The translations under genes were made by a program, and so were the position numbers. The notes under the pieces were generated by a model. The model saw only the letters and a program-made list of their open reading frames with translations, made no database searches and was not told the DNA's origin. This document shows, in pieces, positions 1-9,922 of a DNA stretch of 61,782 bases (position 1 is its first letter; each line of letters opens with the position of its first letter). Location of the stretch: positions 1 through 61,782 of the forward strand of contig JAGCNM010000037.1 of the NCBI GenBank assembly GCA_017645955.1. The letters are read 5' to 3'. This DNA comes from Candidatus Saccharimonadota bacterium (GTDB lineage Bacteria; Patescibacteriota; Saccharimonadia; Saccharimonadales; Saccharimonadaceae).

Positions 1-62
1 GAGAATCGAACTCTCATCTCGAGTTTGGAAAACTCGCATACTAACCACAGTACTATACCCGC
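1..62 (-). tRNA. tRNA-Gly(UCC), 3' end cut by the window edge
   Basis: Reverse complement GCGGGTATAGTACTGTGG...CGAGT-TTTCCAA-ACTCG...GTTCGATTC; anticodon TCC, T-loop present. Confidence 0.9.
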
Positions 63-77
63 AATTCAAATTGTAAA

Positions 78-155
78 TGGGGTGGGATACCAGGATCGAA
101 CTGGTGACCTTCTGGACCACAATCAGACGCTCTAACCATCTGAGCTAATCCCACC
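78..155 (-). tRNA. tRNA-His(GUG)
   Basis: Cloverleaf with G-1, anticodon loop TTGTGGT, C discriminator, encoded CCA. Confidence 0.95.
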
Positions 156-176
156 ATCCCCCTTATTATATCATAA

Positions 177-560
177 TTATCTCGAAATACCAGGCTTTTT
201 CCACATCGGCGGTGCAGCTGCCTTCGGTGACGGCGTCGCCCCAGCACGATTCGCCATCGACGCTCTACCTACTGCGGCTGAATTATTATCACGAAATTGC
301 ATTCTCTGACTTTTATCTGCCTCTGCATTATAAACCTTCGGTCTCGGTGCCCGCCCAAACGAATCATTTACTACCTTCGAATCTCCGTAAGCCTTAATTC
401 TCGTCCTGTTCTGCTCCATCTTCATTCGATCCGCAAAACTCTCAGTCGAAGCCGATCCAATCCCCTGTTGATTCTGTACTTGTGCGTAAGCTGAACTATG
501 GATAACATCCTCAGTTTTAGCTTTCATCATGTGTTTTAATAAAGGGTTCTTATCCATCAT
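177..560 (-). CDS. hypothetical protein, 127 aa
   Basis: ORF whose start overlaps the upstream stop; no recognisable motif. Confidence 0.6.
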   Translation of the reverse strand: MMDKNPLLKHMMKAKTEDVIHSSAYAQVQNQQGIGSASTESFADRMKMEQNRTRIKAYGDSKVVNDSFGRAPRPKVYNAEADKSQRMQFRDNNSAAVGRASMANRAGATPSPKAAAPPMWKKPGISR

Positions 561-1174
561 TATTTCGGTAAGAGCAAGAACGCTACTGTCCCCGCTGCAG
601 CTCCTAATATTATTGTTAGTATTATTGTCACAATCAGACTTACATGAGCCTGTTTTTCTGGCTTTGTAATAATTGTTACTGGACCTTTCGGCTCCTCTTT
701 CGGTACTTCAACCTTTTTCTGGTAAACATTTTTAGAAAGCGGTCTTTTTACTACTTTATCTTGGTTAATAAACGGAGATCTCGGCGTCTTATATACCTTT
801 TCGTTCGTCTTTGGTTTCGTAGATAAACCACTCGGCTTATTAACGGCCCTCACCGGCGCTTCTCTGAGACCAACCCGTTTTGCTTTTACCGCTCTTATAC
901 TTTCCTTTTCTTCAGCAAAATGACTCTTTGATACACTTGATTCCGACGTAGTTACAGTGTTTAAATCCTCAATTACACCAAGCACTGGCTCTTTACTGCT
1001 CTTCGCCACAGCCTGTCGCACCGGCGCCTTTCTTTGAGGTATTTCTCTCTTAGCTACAACTCTTTTTGGAGCTACATTTTTTGGCACCACGACTTCAGGC
1101 TTTGCCTTCACGCTCGGGGTTACTTGCTTTTTTGCCTTCGTCGGCACAAAATCAATGTATCTTTTATTATTCAT
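560..1174 (-). CDS. hypothetical basic Lys/Pro-rich protein with C-terminal TM helix
   Basis: ATGA overlap with tpiA; C-terminal hydrophobic stretch VSLIVTIILTIILGAAAGTVAFLLL. Confidence 0.7.
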   Translation of the reverse strand: MNNKRYIDFVPTKAKKQVTPSVKAKPEVVVPKNVAPKRVVAKREIPQRKAPVRQAVAKSSKEPVLGVIEDLNTVTTSESSVSKSHFAEEKESIRAVKAKRVGLREAPVRAVNKPSGLSTKPKTNEKVYKTPRSPFINQDKVVKRPLSKNVYQKKVEVPKEEPKGPVTIITKPEKQAHVSLIVTIILTIILGAAAGTVAFLLLPK

Positions 1175-1941
1175 GATTTCACTCGTTTAGCAGTTTCAAT
1201 TATATCAACGAATTCATTAAGAATCAAACTTGAACCGCCAATTAGAAGCCCATTCACTCCTGGAACTGTTAAATATGCTCCCGCATTCGAAGAATTCACG
1301 CTTCCTCCAAACAGAACCGGCATTTTCTCTGCCGCATCATTCCCATAGGTCTCCCCTAAGGTCTTCCTAATCAGTTTAACAACTTCCGAAACCTCATCTG
1401 GAGTCGCTAATTTAGCCGCCTTAGTACTCGAAATTGCCCAAACCGGCTCATAAGCAACTATCACCTTATCTAACTCGTCATCGGCAACATCAGCTAATCC
1501 ACCTAAAAGCTGGTCTCGAATCACATCCGCCGTCTCTCCAAAAGAACGCTCCGATTCCGTCTCTCCAATGCATAAAATAGGAGTAATTTTATTTCTTACC
1601 GCCGCCGCAACTTTCTTCTGGACAAATTTATCGTCTTCACCGAATATATGCCTTCTTTCCGAATGGCCAACAATCACATAATCAACTAAACCTCGAAGTT
1701 GCGAAAAAGACGTTTCCCCTGTATATGCCCCATAGTCCCGATAGAACGCGTTTTGCGCCGCCAACTTCATCTTGTGTCTGTCAACCTGAAGAGATAATGG
1801 TTGCAAAGCAACTGTCGATGGCGCAATCACAACATCAACATCCCGATAGACTGGTAAAGCCTTTAATAGTTTATGAAGATAGATTGACGCTTCGCCAACC
1901 GTAAAGTTTAGCTTAAAGTTGCCCACGATATAAGTTTTCAT
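1171..1941 (-). CDS. tpiA: triosephosphate isomerase
   Basis: Motifs GNFKLN, VGHSERR, AYEPVWAI, GGSV, LIGGSSL. Confidence 0.97.
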   Translation of the reverse strand: MKTYIVGNFKLNFTVGEASIYLHKLLKALPVYRDVDVVIAPSTVALQPLSLQVDRHKMKLAAQNAFYRDYGAYTGETSFSQLRGLVDYVIVGHSERRHIFGEDDKFVQKKVAAAVRNKITPILCIGETESERSFGETADVIRDQLLGGLADVADDELDKVIVAYEPVWAISSTKAAKLATPDEVSEVVKLIRKTLGETYGNDAAEKMPVLFGGSVNSSNAGAYLTVPGVNGLLIGGSSLILNEFVDIIETAKRVKS

Positions 1942-1976
1942 GCCCCCATTATAACATATGCTATAATAAAAGTATT

Positions 1977-2741
1977 ATGAAAAAAGTACTCTCATTCGAC
2001 ATTGACCAAACCTTAAATGTTGCGAAAACGCCAATCCCTGACGAAATCGCCGAATTATTAACAAAATGTCTTAATCATTTCGAAATTTGTCCAATTTCTG
2101 GCCAAAAATTCGACCAGTTCCTCATCCAAATCGTTGACCGCATGAAAGATGCTACCCCTGAACAACTTACCCATCTTCATCTTTTCGTCGCACAAGGAAC
2201 GCAGTATTACCGCTACAACTTAAAAAAGAAAGACTGGGAACAAGTCTACAATTACCCCTTAACCGAAGCTCAAGTTAAAAAAATCACCGAAACTATCGAG
2301 AAAGCCGCGAAAGAACTCGGCTACTGGGAAGAAGATAAACTTAAACCCGGTGACGAAATAATCGAAAACCGTCTTTCACAGGTTACCTTCTCTGCCCTTG
2401 GGCAAAAAGCCGGCACTGAAGAAAAATATGCCTGGGATCCAGATCACGAAAAACGCAAAAAAATCGTTGCTCGCTGTAAAGAACTCAGTCCTGAATTTGA
2501 ATACGAAATCGGCGGCACGACCTCTATTAATGCTATTACCCCTGGAATGAACAAGGTCTTCGGCATGACTCACCTCTTAGAAGAGCTCAATATTAAAAAA
2601 GAAGATATTCTTTACTTCGGCGATATGACCATGCCGGGTGGGAATGATTATCCAGTCGTCCAAATGGGCATCGATACTATCACCGTCCGCAGTCATGAAG
2701 ATACTGCTTTTGCCTTGCGTGGCATCCTTGGCGTGCTATAA
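1977..2741 (+). CDS. HAD-IIB hydrolase, phosphomannomutase (PMM-type) family
   Basis: FDIDQTL motif I, IENRLSQVTFSALG, GGTTSI, YFGD..PGGNDYP. Confidence 0.85.
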   Translation: MKKVLSFDIDQTLNVAKTPIPDEIAELLTKCLNHFEICPISGQKFDQFLIQIVDRMKDATPEQLTHLHLFVAQGTQYYRYNLKKKDWEQVYNYPLTEAQVKKITETIEKAAKELGYWEEDKLKPGDEIIENRLSQVTFSALGQKAGTEEKYAWDPDHEKRKKIVARCKELSPEFEYEIGGTTSINAITPGMNKVFGMTHLLEELNIKKEDILYFGDMTMPGGNDYPVVQMGIDTITVRSHEDTAFALRGILGVL

Positions 2742-2748
2742 TTAAAGC

Positions 2749-4593
2749 ATGAATATTTTAATCGTGGGCAACATCTTAAAAGATGTCTATTTAAATCTTG
2801 ATAGTAGCAAAAACAAATTTGAAACTGATGACAATCAAACAAAATGGCTTGATTTAAGTTTTGACGCAAGCAGTAATTACTTTTTCAGCCGCAATAGTAG
2901 TCTTGGCGGCGCCGCTGTTTCCCTCGAAGTATTCGAAAAAATGGGCATCGAAGCTAAGATATCTGGTTCTAACCTAAAACTAGCTGACGGCGAATTAGTT
3001 TACACCGACCATTCCGCTGAAACACATCGCTACATTCTTATCTCTGACAGCAAAGCTAGCTATCTCGTACCCAGTAAATCGAAATTGACCGACTTTACCC
3101 CTCCCGCTGAAGCCGTCGATTATCTCTATATCGATCGCTCAGCCTCCCTAAGCCCAAATGCTATTAAAAAAATTAATGCCTACCTTGATCTCTCGAAGAA
3201 AACAAAACTCATCCTCTATATTAGTCCTTCGAATGTCTTTGATCTAAAACCGCTTTTAAATCGCGGAGATTTGTTCATTATCGAAAAAAACAGAGATGAA
3301 TCGGAAGAAAGCTACGCGCCTGAATTAGAAAAAATAGACCCTAAAAAAGTTATCAAAATCTTCGAAGATCAATTCTCGTATCTTGATATTATTGAAAAAA
3401 TCACACCAACCCGCATTGACCTTTCAACTCACCTTTCCTTCTATTCCATCGCTGCAGCAACCATTCTTGGTGGCTTTATTCTAGGAGAAACTGTCGAAAA
3501 CAGTCTCAAAATGGCCCGCGCTAACGTAGAAAACTCTAAATTAGATTCAGTTCTTAGCCTTTCTAATCTTAAAGAAATCGCCACTAACCTTAAACCAGAC
3601 AACAATCTTGAACTCATCGCCGCAAATCTCCTTCTATCTAAAAAAGGCATCCTCGCCGCCGACGAATCTGGTGGCTCAATTAAAAAGAAATTCGCAAAGC
3701 TAGACATTCCAGACACCTACGAAAATCGACGCGACTATCGTAACATCTTCTTTACTACCGAAGATCTCGAAAAACATGTTAACGGTGTTATTCTTTTCGA
3801 CGAAACCGCCCGCCAATTTGCCGACAACGGCCAAAACTTTGTCGAATACCTCACTTCAAAACGCATTATTCCAGGCATAAAAGTCGATCAAGGCCTCGAA
3901 CCTTTCCCAGATTCTGTCGAAACCTATACCAAAGGTCTCGATGGTCTCCCAGAAAGACTACAGGAATACTTTGATATGGGCCTTCGTTTTGCAAAATGGC
4001 GCGCCGCCTTCGAAATTCGGCTTTCCGAATCTGGCGAAATCCTTACTCCAACCGACCATGCTATTGATAAAAACTGCCGTATTCTCGCAGAATACGCCAA
4101 AGACTGTCAAACTGCCGGTATCGTCCCAATTGTCGAACCTGAAGTAGTTTATGACGGCTACTATAGAATTGAACAATCTGCCGAAGTGACTGGAAAAATC
4201 CTCGATCGACTCTTCGAAGCACTTAAAGACCACAATGTTAACTTTAAAGCCTGTATCTTAAAAGTTAATATGGTCCTCGCCGGAAAACAATACGAAACTC
4301 AATCTACCCCAGAAGAAGTCGGCAGAGAAACCGCTAAAACCTTAAAAGAACATGTACCAGACACTCTCGCTGGCGTCGTATTCCTATCTGGTGGTCAAAC
4401 CGTCGAACAAGCAACCGACAATCTCGCCGAAGTCGAAAAAAACGGACCATTCCCATGGCCAGTGACCTTCTCTTTTGCTCGCGCTCTTCAAGATCCTGCC
4501 CTCTATGCCTGGGCCGGCGACAACAACAACGCCGATGCTGCTCGCGCCGCCTTTAAAGCTCGCCTCGAAGCCAACACAAATGTTCTTCCATAA
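2749..4593 (+). CDS. fusion of a degenerate PfkB-like domain and class I fructose-bisphosphate aldolase
   Basis: C-terminal half has KGILAADES, GIKVDQG, FAKWR, VPIVEPEV, FLSGGQ, FSFARALQ; N-terminal half starts ILIVGNILKDVY and has LGGAAVS as in the PfkB fold. Confidence 0.85.
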   Translation: MNILIVGNILKDVYLNLDSSKNKFETDDNQTKWLDLSFDASSNYFFSRNSSLGGAAVSLEVFEKMGIEAKISGSNLKLADGELVYTDHSAETHRYILISDSKASYLVPSKSKLTDFTPPAEAVDYLYIDRSASLSPNAIKKINAYLDLSKKTKLILYISPSNVFDLKPLLNRGDLFIIEKNRDESEESYAPELEKIDPKKVIKIFEDQFSYLDIIEKITPTRIDLSTHLSFYSIAAATILGGFILGETVENSLKMARANVENSKLDSVLSLSNLKEIATNLKPDNNLELIAANLLLSKKGILAADESGGSIKKKFAKLDIPDTYENRRDYRNIFFTTEDLEKHVNGVILFDETARQFADNGQNFVEYLTSKRIIPGIKVDQGLEPFPDSVETYTKGLDGLPERLQEYFDMGLRFAKWRAAFEIRLSESGEILTPTDHAIDKNCRILAEYAKDCQTAGIVPIVEPEVVYDGYYRIEQSAEVTGKILDRLFEALKDHNVNFKACILKVNMVLAGKQYETQSTPEEVGRETAKTLKEHVPDTLAGVVFLSGGQTVEQATDNLAEVEKNGPFPWPVTFSFARALQDPALYAWAGDNNNADAARAAFKARLEANTNVLP

Positions 4594-4623
4594 AAAAATA
4601 ACCCCGATTGGGGTTATTTTTTT
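4592..4623. terminator. bidirectional intrinsic terminator
   Basis: A7-TAACCCC-GATT-GGGGTTA-T7 between the convergent aldolase and rplY genes. Confidence 0.85.
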
Positions 4624-5317
4624 ATTCTTCCTTTTTAGCTTCTTCAGCTTCCTCAGAAGGCTTTTCGCCATTCTCTGATGGAACATCCGCTGCGTCAACT
4701 GGTTCAGCTTCTGCTGCGGCTTTCTCTTCCGCTTCACGAGCTGCTGCTTCTGCTGCCGGATCGTATAGCGAGGCAACGACCTGGCTCATATCAATTTCTT
4801 TATCCGCAAACTTAACGCCATTCGGCAACGAAATATTAGCAATCGTCAACTTATCATCGATATTCGTTAAACTCGTAGCATCAATCTCAAGTTCCTTTGG
4901 AAGATCTGCCGGCTTCGCTTTAACATCAATCTCTTCTAGAGCCTGAGTTAAGGCAAAGTGATAAATCTTCGACGCCTCAGACGCCTCAAAGTTAACAATC
5001 ACGATTGGTGTTGTAGCTTCGACCACTTCGTTTGCTGAAATTGCTTGGAATTCAATATTGATAATCTTTCGTGAAATCGGATCAATAGCAACATCCTTCA
5101 CGATTGCAAGCTGTTTTTTACCCTCAATAGTCAAATCAATCGGGGAGTGATACCCAGCTTTCTCAAGAACCTTCTCCGTCGCAATGTATTCTGAAGCCGA
5201 AAGAACTGGCTCTTTTTCACCATACACTACAGAAGGAATAAGTCCTTTTTCTCTTAAACTTTTCAACTTTTTCCCAGTCAACTCTCTTTTTTCGAGCGAC
5301 AAATTATATTCAGCCAT
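4622..5317 (-). CDS. rplY: 50S ribosomal protein bL25/Ctc
   Basis: LREKGLIPSVVYG, IEFQ, Ctc beta domain, acidic tail. Confidence 0.93.
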   Translation of the reverse strand: MAEYNLSLEKRELTGKKLKSLREKGLIPSVVYGEKEPVLSASEYIATEKVLEKAGYHSPIDLTIEGKKQLAIVKDVAIDPISRKIINIEFQAISANEVVEATTPIVIVNFEASEASKIYHFALTQALEEIDVKAKPADLPKELEIDATSLTNIDDKLTIANISLPNGVKFADKEIDMSQVVASLYDPAAEAAAREAEEKAAAEAEPVDAADVPSENGEKPSEEAEEAKKEE

Positions 5318-5366
5318 TACTTTTTCCTTTAATTTCCTATTATTTTATCACTTTATTTAATATTTT

Positions 5367-5798
5367 TCAAGAGGTACGTTTTACCTTTACCATCGCTGGT
5401 CGAATCACCTCTTTTTCATAATAATATCCCGGCCTTAAAGTCTCAGCAATTACCTCTTTTTCCCCCTCGCCTTCTACCATTACCGCCTCATGCAAATCCG
5501 GATTAAACTCAACCCCTTCTTTTGAATCAATCTTCGCTAGCCCCAAATCGCCTAAAGATTTCTCTAGCGACTTATTTAGCGGCGAAAGTTCGCTATAGCT
5601 TAGAATCGCTCTATCTAAATCGTCTAATAACGGCAACAACTTACAAACTGTCGCAAACTTCACTGTCTTTTTCTCATTCTCTTTTTGAATTTCTACCTGT
5701 TTGCGAAAATTCTCAAAATCCGCCCGCGTCCTCTGTAAATCCGCTGTCAACTCCGCTATTTTTTCATTCTCTTTTGTATCTTTTATATCTTTTTTCAT
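5367..5798 (-). CDS. grpE: nucleotide exchange factor GrpE
   Basis: [33 protein letters not shown]. Confidence 0.96.
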   Translation of the reverse strand: MKKDIKDTKENEKIAELTADLQRTRADFENFRKQVEIQKENEKKTVKFATVCKLLPLLDDLDRAILSYSELSPLNKSLEKSLGDLGLAKIDSKEGVEFNPDLHEAVMVEGEGEKEVIAETLRPGYYYEKEVIRPAMVKVKRTS

Positions 5799-6532
5799 AA
5801 TATATCCTCCAACATATTTCCCGCATGTTTAACCAGCGACATTACCTTAGAATAGTTTTGCCTTGTCGGGCCCAAAACCCCAATATAACTCTTATCCGAA
5901 AATGGCGACCTGAACTTCGATATTATTAACGAAACTTCTGAGTTCTTTCCAATCGGGTTCTCATGTCCAATAAAGATATTCAAAGCTTCACCTGGCGCCG
6001 CTTCTCTGAGCCAAGGTTCTAAATTATCAAGTAATTTAGCGACCGCTTGAACTCTCCTTGTATCACCAAACTCCGGCTGCGTAAAAAGTCGCGTTAAGCC
6101 AGATAGATAAAGCTGTCCACCAATCGTCGCAAGTCCTAGATTACCAGTTAGTTCAACTAAAGCATCAACCGCTCCACGAATTGCCGCATCCGCTCTAGAC
6201 TGCGACGAGACCCTTACCTCTAGCGCATGCACTCCTCTCTCAAACGTTCTTCGTCTTTCATCCTCAGCCCCTTCTTCAATCTCTAAAGCCGCATTCCCAT
6301 CCAAATTATTCACATAAAACCGATAACCTGCATCGGTCGGTACACGCCCCGCTGAAGTATGCGGCTGCGCAATTAGCCCCAACGATTCTAATTTCGCCAT
6401 TTCCGCCCGAATTGTTGCCGGCGAAACACCAAAAAGCTTCGCGAGAGTCACGCTCCCAACCGGAGACGCCGTTTCTGCATACTCCTCAATGATTTGACAA
6501 AGAATTTCTCTCTGACGTTGCGTAATTTCCAT
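5795..6532 (-). CDS. hrcA: heat-inducible repressor HrcA, short form
   Basis: [34 protein letters not shown]. Confidence 0.95.
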   Translation of the reverse strand: MEITQRQREILCQIIEEYAETASPVGSVTLAKLFGVSPATIRAEMAKLESLGLIAQPHTSAGRVPTDAGYRFYVNNLDGNAALEIEEGAEDERRRTFERGVHALEVRVSSQSRADAAIRGAVDALVELTGNLGLATIGGQLYLSGLTRLFTQPEFGDTRRVQAVAKLLDNLEPWLREAAPGEALNIFIGHENPIGKNSEVSLIISKFRSPFSDKSYIGVLGPTRQNYSKVMSLVKHAGNMLEDIL

Positions 6533-6549
6533 GCTTTAATTATATAAAA

Positions 6550-6576
6550 TTAGCACTAAAAAGTAAAGAGTGCTAA
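6550..6576. promoter_or_regulatory. CIRCE operator upstream of hrcA-grpE
   Basis: TTAGCACTA-N9-GAGTGCTAA, one mismatch to the CIRCE consensus. Confidence 0.92.
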
Positions 6577-6674
6577 CTGTTTACAAACCTTTTTTACCAT
6601 GTTACTATTGAAGAACCCCCGGGCGGTTGTGCCGAACCTAAAACGGCAAGAAAATTTCATAAGGAGGATTCGTC

Positions 6675-6917
6675 ATGGCAAAAACAAAAAGAGGTTCTCA
6701 AAGAACCAGGCCAATGAAGGTCGTCTTCGGCGGTGTCACCTACACCTGCCTCCGCAAAGACGGTAAAGTCGTAGTTCGTACTACGCGTACCGCTAAAGGT
6801 CAAAACCTGCTTGCTGGAGTCTATGACATCGCCAGTAAGACCTGGCATAACGATAACGGCGACAATTCGCTGCCCAGTGCAGTTAAAGAACATATCGCTC
6901 GAGTCGCTTCACTCTAA
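6675..6917 (+). CDS. small basic hypothetical protein, 80 aa
   Basis: AAGGAGG Shine-Dalgarno before the ATG; followed by a terminator. Confidence 0.75.
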   Translation: MAKTKRGSQRTRPMKVVFGGVTYTCLRKDGKVVVRTTRTAKGQNLLAGVYDIASKTWHNDNGDNSLPSAVKEHIARVASL

Positions 6918-6931
6918 TCCCCTACCCCAGC

Positions 6932-6961
6932 GCCTCGGTAATCTTTACCGAGGCCTTTTTT
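6932..6961 (+). terminator. intrinsic terminator
   Basis: GCCTCGGTAA-TCT-TTACCGAGGC followed by a T-run. Confidence 0.8.
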
Positions 6962-6977
6962 ATGGTAAAATAGCATT

Positions 6978-7601
6978 ATGGAAGAAAAAATCTCTACTAT
7001 TAAAAACTGGCTTGGAACCGGCTCAATCAATATATTCGGACTCCCCATGTCCGGAAAAGACACCCAAGGCATTCGCCTTGCTGAAACCCTTGAGGCTAAA
7101 TACTTATCTTCGGGTATGATTATTCGGGCCGCCGAACAAGAACGTCATAAAGACTACACTAAAAAAGGCGAACTTGCCCCGACCGACGTCTTCTATGAAC
7201 TTGTTCTACCTTATTTCTGGCGTCAAGATCTCGCAGATTATCCATTAGTCCTTTCCTCGATTGGACGCTGGTCTGGAGAAGAAGACCAAATTATCGCTAC
7301 TACGTCTGAAGCAGGACACGAAACAAAGGCTGCCATTCTCCTTAATATTTCTGAAAACGATGTCGAACAACGTTTCAGAGCCTCAAAAGTCCTTAATGAT
7401 CGCGGCGACAGAAACGACGACAAGAACCTCGAAATCTTCCACACTCGTCTCAAAGAATTCCGCGAAAAAACTCTTCCTGTTCTCCAACATTACAAAGCTC
7501 TTGGTCTCTTAGTTGAGGTCAACGGCGACCAAAACCGCAATGCCGTTTTTAACGAGATTGTCGAAAAACTTTACAAAAAAGCTTCCGAATCTCAGTCCTA
7601 A
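6978..7601 (+). CDS. nucleoside monophosphate kinase, adenylate kinase family (short LID)
   Basis: P-loop GLPMSGKDTQ, LSSGMIIR, RxDD, VEVNG. Confidence 0.85.
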   Translation: MEEKISTIKNWLGTGSINIFGLPMSGKDTQGIRLAETLEAKYLSSGMIIRAAEQERHKDYTKKGELAPTDVFYELVLPYFWRQDLADYPLVLSSIGRWSGEEDQIIATTSEAGHETKAAILLNISENDVEQRFRASKVLNDRGDRNDDKNLEIFHTRLKEFREKTLPVLQHYKALGLLVEVNGDQNRNAVFNEIVEKLYKKASESQS

Positions 7602-8913
7602 ACTCAAAAACAAGATATATTAAACCTAAGATAACTACACCTATTACCGCATATAGCGCAATAAAAGAAGACTTTTCTTCGTATTTTTCTGGTTCTAAAC
7701 TATAATCCGCGCCATTATTCTCTTGAATCCTTCTACATCTATTCGTCTCCGGATTCAAATAATACCCTTCTTTACATGTTTTTTCCGCAGCAGTCTTATA
7801 CTTATTGCAACGCCCCGTCAAAAGATTCAAATATTGTCCTTCACCACATACCCTCTCCGTAATTGTTGTAACTTTTACACAATTCCCAGTTGTCTCGTTT
7901 AAAACTTTCCCTTCCTCGCACGTCTTAAACTCTTGGTAATTGTTCGCCTCTCCAGGAGTTGGCGCATAAGTTGTCCGCCAAATTTCCTTCCCCGCCTCAT
8001 CATAACCAATTCGTGCATATGCCGTCCCTTTTCTCTGACCATTCAGATATTCCATTTTATGAACCCTTGACCCATTTGTATCAATCAACTCTATTACATT
8101 CGAACTAGTCGGATTCTTTGTTAAACTAAACTCACTCGGATAATAAACATAATATCCTTCTGCCTTAATAATTCCATTTAATAAATAAGACTTATTCTTA
8201 TATCTTATACTACATCCGTCCATTAATATTTGTTCCGAATTTGAATTATATAATTCAATAAACTGTTCTGTTTTGACATTTTCGTAATAGCTTAGAATTT
8301 CTGAGAATTCTAATCCATTACATTGACTTGGTTTTATTTCCTCTTCAACCTCCTCAAGATAATAACTCTTCTCGTCATAAACTGGCTCATATTCTTCTAG
8401 ATGTCTAAATTCGCCAGTCTCTATATCTCTTACTAAAACCGTCGGCGTAGCTGACTTAAATTCTCTCAAACACCCCTCTTTCCCGGTCCAACATACACTA
8501 TCTATAACTTCACCATTTTTTTCTAAGGTTAGTCCTGCTTTAAAAGCAATAGTTTTTGTATAATTCACGGCAGCCAGCTCACTCTCCGGTGAGCTGGCTA
8601 AGCGAAGGAGGATAGTCTCGCCAGACAAAAAACTGTTCTCGGGAAATTCAAACAACATTGAATAATTCCCGCTTGAATTAGTATAGCCTACAGTTATGCC
8701 AGCGAGCGAAACCAAACCGTCAGAGTCTTTTCTTGATATTTCTATCATTTCTCCGACATTACTTTTCCCGTCTATTGTATATCCAGGGTTTACAGCCTTA
8801 ATAAACAAATCCTTTTCAAGCACTATTTCTTCAGCAAACGCCACTCTTAAACTAAAAAACGTCAAACCCATCGTGATAATAAATAAACTAAAATATAATA
8901 AAAATTTTTTCAT
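7549..8913 (-). CDS. surface protein with two lamin-tail-like domains, three Cys-pair repeats and a C-terminal TM anchor
   Basis: Signal peptide; EMIEI and SEI...EQFIELYN...PTPGEAN; repeats CxEGxxLNxxTxxCxK/R. Confidence 0.75.
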   Translation of the reverse strand: MKKFLLYFSLFIITMGLTFFSLRVAFAEEIVLEKDLFIKAVNPGYTIDGKSNVGEMIEISRKDSDGLVSLAGITVGYTNSSGNYSMLFEFPENSFLSGETILLRLASSPESELAAVNYTKTIAFKAGLTLEKNGEVIDSVCWTGKEGCLREFKSATPTVLVRDIETGEFRHLEEYEPVYDEKSYYLEEVEEEIKPSQCNGLEFSEILSYYENVKTEQFIELYNSNSEQILMDGCSIRYKNKSYLLNGIIKAEGYYVYYPSEFSLTKNPTSSNVIELIDTNGSRVHKMEYLNGQRKGTAYARIGYDEAGKEIWRTTYAPTPGEANNYQEFKTCEEGKVLNETTGNCVKVTTITERVCGEGQYLNLLTGRCNKYKTAAEKTCKEGYYLNPETNRCRRIQENNGADYSLEPEKYEEKSSFIALYAVIGVVILGLIYLVFEFRTEIRKLFCKVFRQSR

Positions 8914-8972
8914 GAAAAAAACCTAGCATCTCTCCTTTAGGAAAACAACCCCCGATGTGATATAATTAAAGC

Positions 8973-9680
8973 ATGATCGTTTTCACCCCTTTAAGTATTC
9001 TGGTTCTTGCTATGCTTATTATCACTTCTATGAAGCTTATTCCGGGCGTTTTTGCTAATCTTTATCATTACGCTTCCGGTAAATATTCCGCAAAAAAAGC
9101 CGGAAACTTATGTCTCTATTTCATCTTAGGCGTTGAATTATTACCAGCTCTTTTATTCGTTACATCAAACTTTCTTTTGTATATTCTTTCATATACTTCA
9201 TTAGATATTACTAGCGACATCATCCTTTGGTCCACCGCGGGCCTCCTAATCGCTCTCGGCATCGCCTTCTTTTGTTTCTACTTCCGCCACGACAAAGGAA
9301 CTAAACTCTTCATTTCTCGAAAAACTGCTCTAAGTTTTAGAAAAAAAGCTTCTCTCGTTGAAACAAATTCAGATGCTTTCGTCCTCGGACTCATTTCTGG
9401 CATTCCTGAGCTACTCTTCACATTCCCACTTTACCTAATCACCCTCATCGAAATCACTAAAAGCTTCGTTCTCCCAATCCCTTGTTCAATGATTCTAATC
9501 CTCTTTATCCTAGCTATCATTAGCCCTCTCTTCTTCCTTTACGTCTATTTCAGAGCCGGTAACAATCTCGCCGATTTCTTAAGACTACGCGAAAAAAATA
9601 AAACCTTCTTTCGCTTCTTTGTCACGTCTCTATATTTTCTATTTGCATTATTAATAATTCTTCTTAAGGTAATTTTCTAA
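8973..9680 (+). CDS. multi-pass membrane protein
   Basis: About 6 hydrophobic segments; leaderless -10 upstream. Confidence 0.7.
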   Translation: MIVFTPLSILVLAMLIITSMKLIPGVFANLYHYASGKYSAKKAGNLCLYFILGVELLPALLFVTSNFLLYILSYTSLDITSDIILWSTAGLLIALGIAFFCFYFRHDKGTKLFISRKTALSFRKKASLVETNSDAFVLGLISGIPELLFTFPLYLITLIEITKSFVLPIPCSMILILFILAIISPLFFLYVYFRAGNNLADFLRLREKNKTFFRFFVTSLYFLFALLIILLKVIF

Positions 9681-9919
9681 TGGAATACTTCGACGAAAAA
9701 CAAATTAAGAAAACTCTAAAAATTGACGCAAAAGCGATTGATATCCCCTCTGGCTCCGCCGATATTTTTATCGAAAAAACCCTCGAAAGCGTTAAGAAGC
9801 AACTCAAAAACAAAACAATTATCACTAATAAGGATTTAGAAAGGATTATCGCGAAAGAACTAAAGAAGTATAACACTGATTTAGCTTATATTTATAAAAA
9901 CCGTGATAAAATAATATAA
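9680..9919 (+). CDS. small hypothetical protein, possibly ATP-cone-like
   Basis: Start overlaps the upstream stop; IxxKDLxxIIxxELxxxxxxxAYxY pattern. Confidence 0.55.
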   Translation: MEYFDEKQIKKTLKIDAKAIDIPSGSADIFIEKTLESVKKQLKNKTIITNKDLERIIAKELKKYNTDLAYIYKNRDKII

Positions 9920-9922
9920 GAT

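Noticed and set aside
53-247. 64-aa ORF and the many antisense or alternate-frame ORFs in the track (e.g. 23756-24265, 40571-41068, 57701-58450, 36030-36449)
   Set aside because: They overlap tRNAs or lie opposite well-supported genes and have no motifs; treated as shadow ORFs.
6601-6667. Small hairpins in the leader of the 80-aa gene as a riboswitch
   Set aside because: Only short stems (TGCCG/CGGCA) and no recognisable aptamer consensus.
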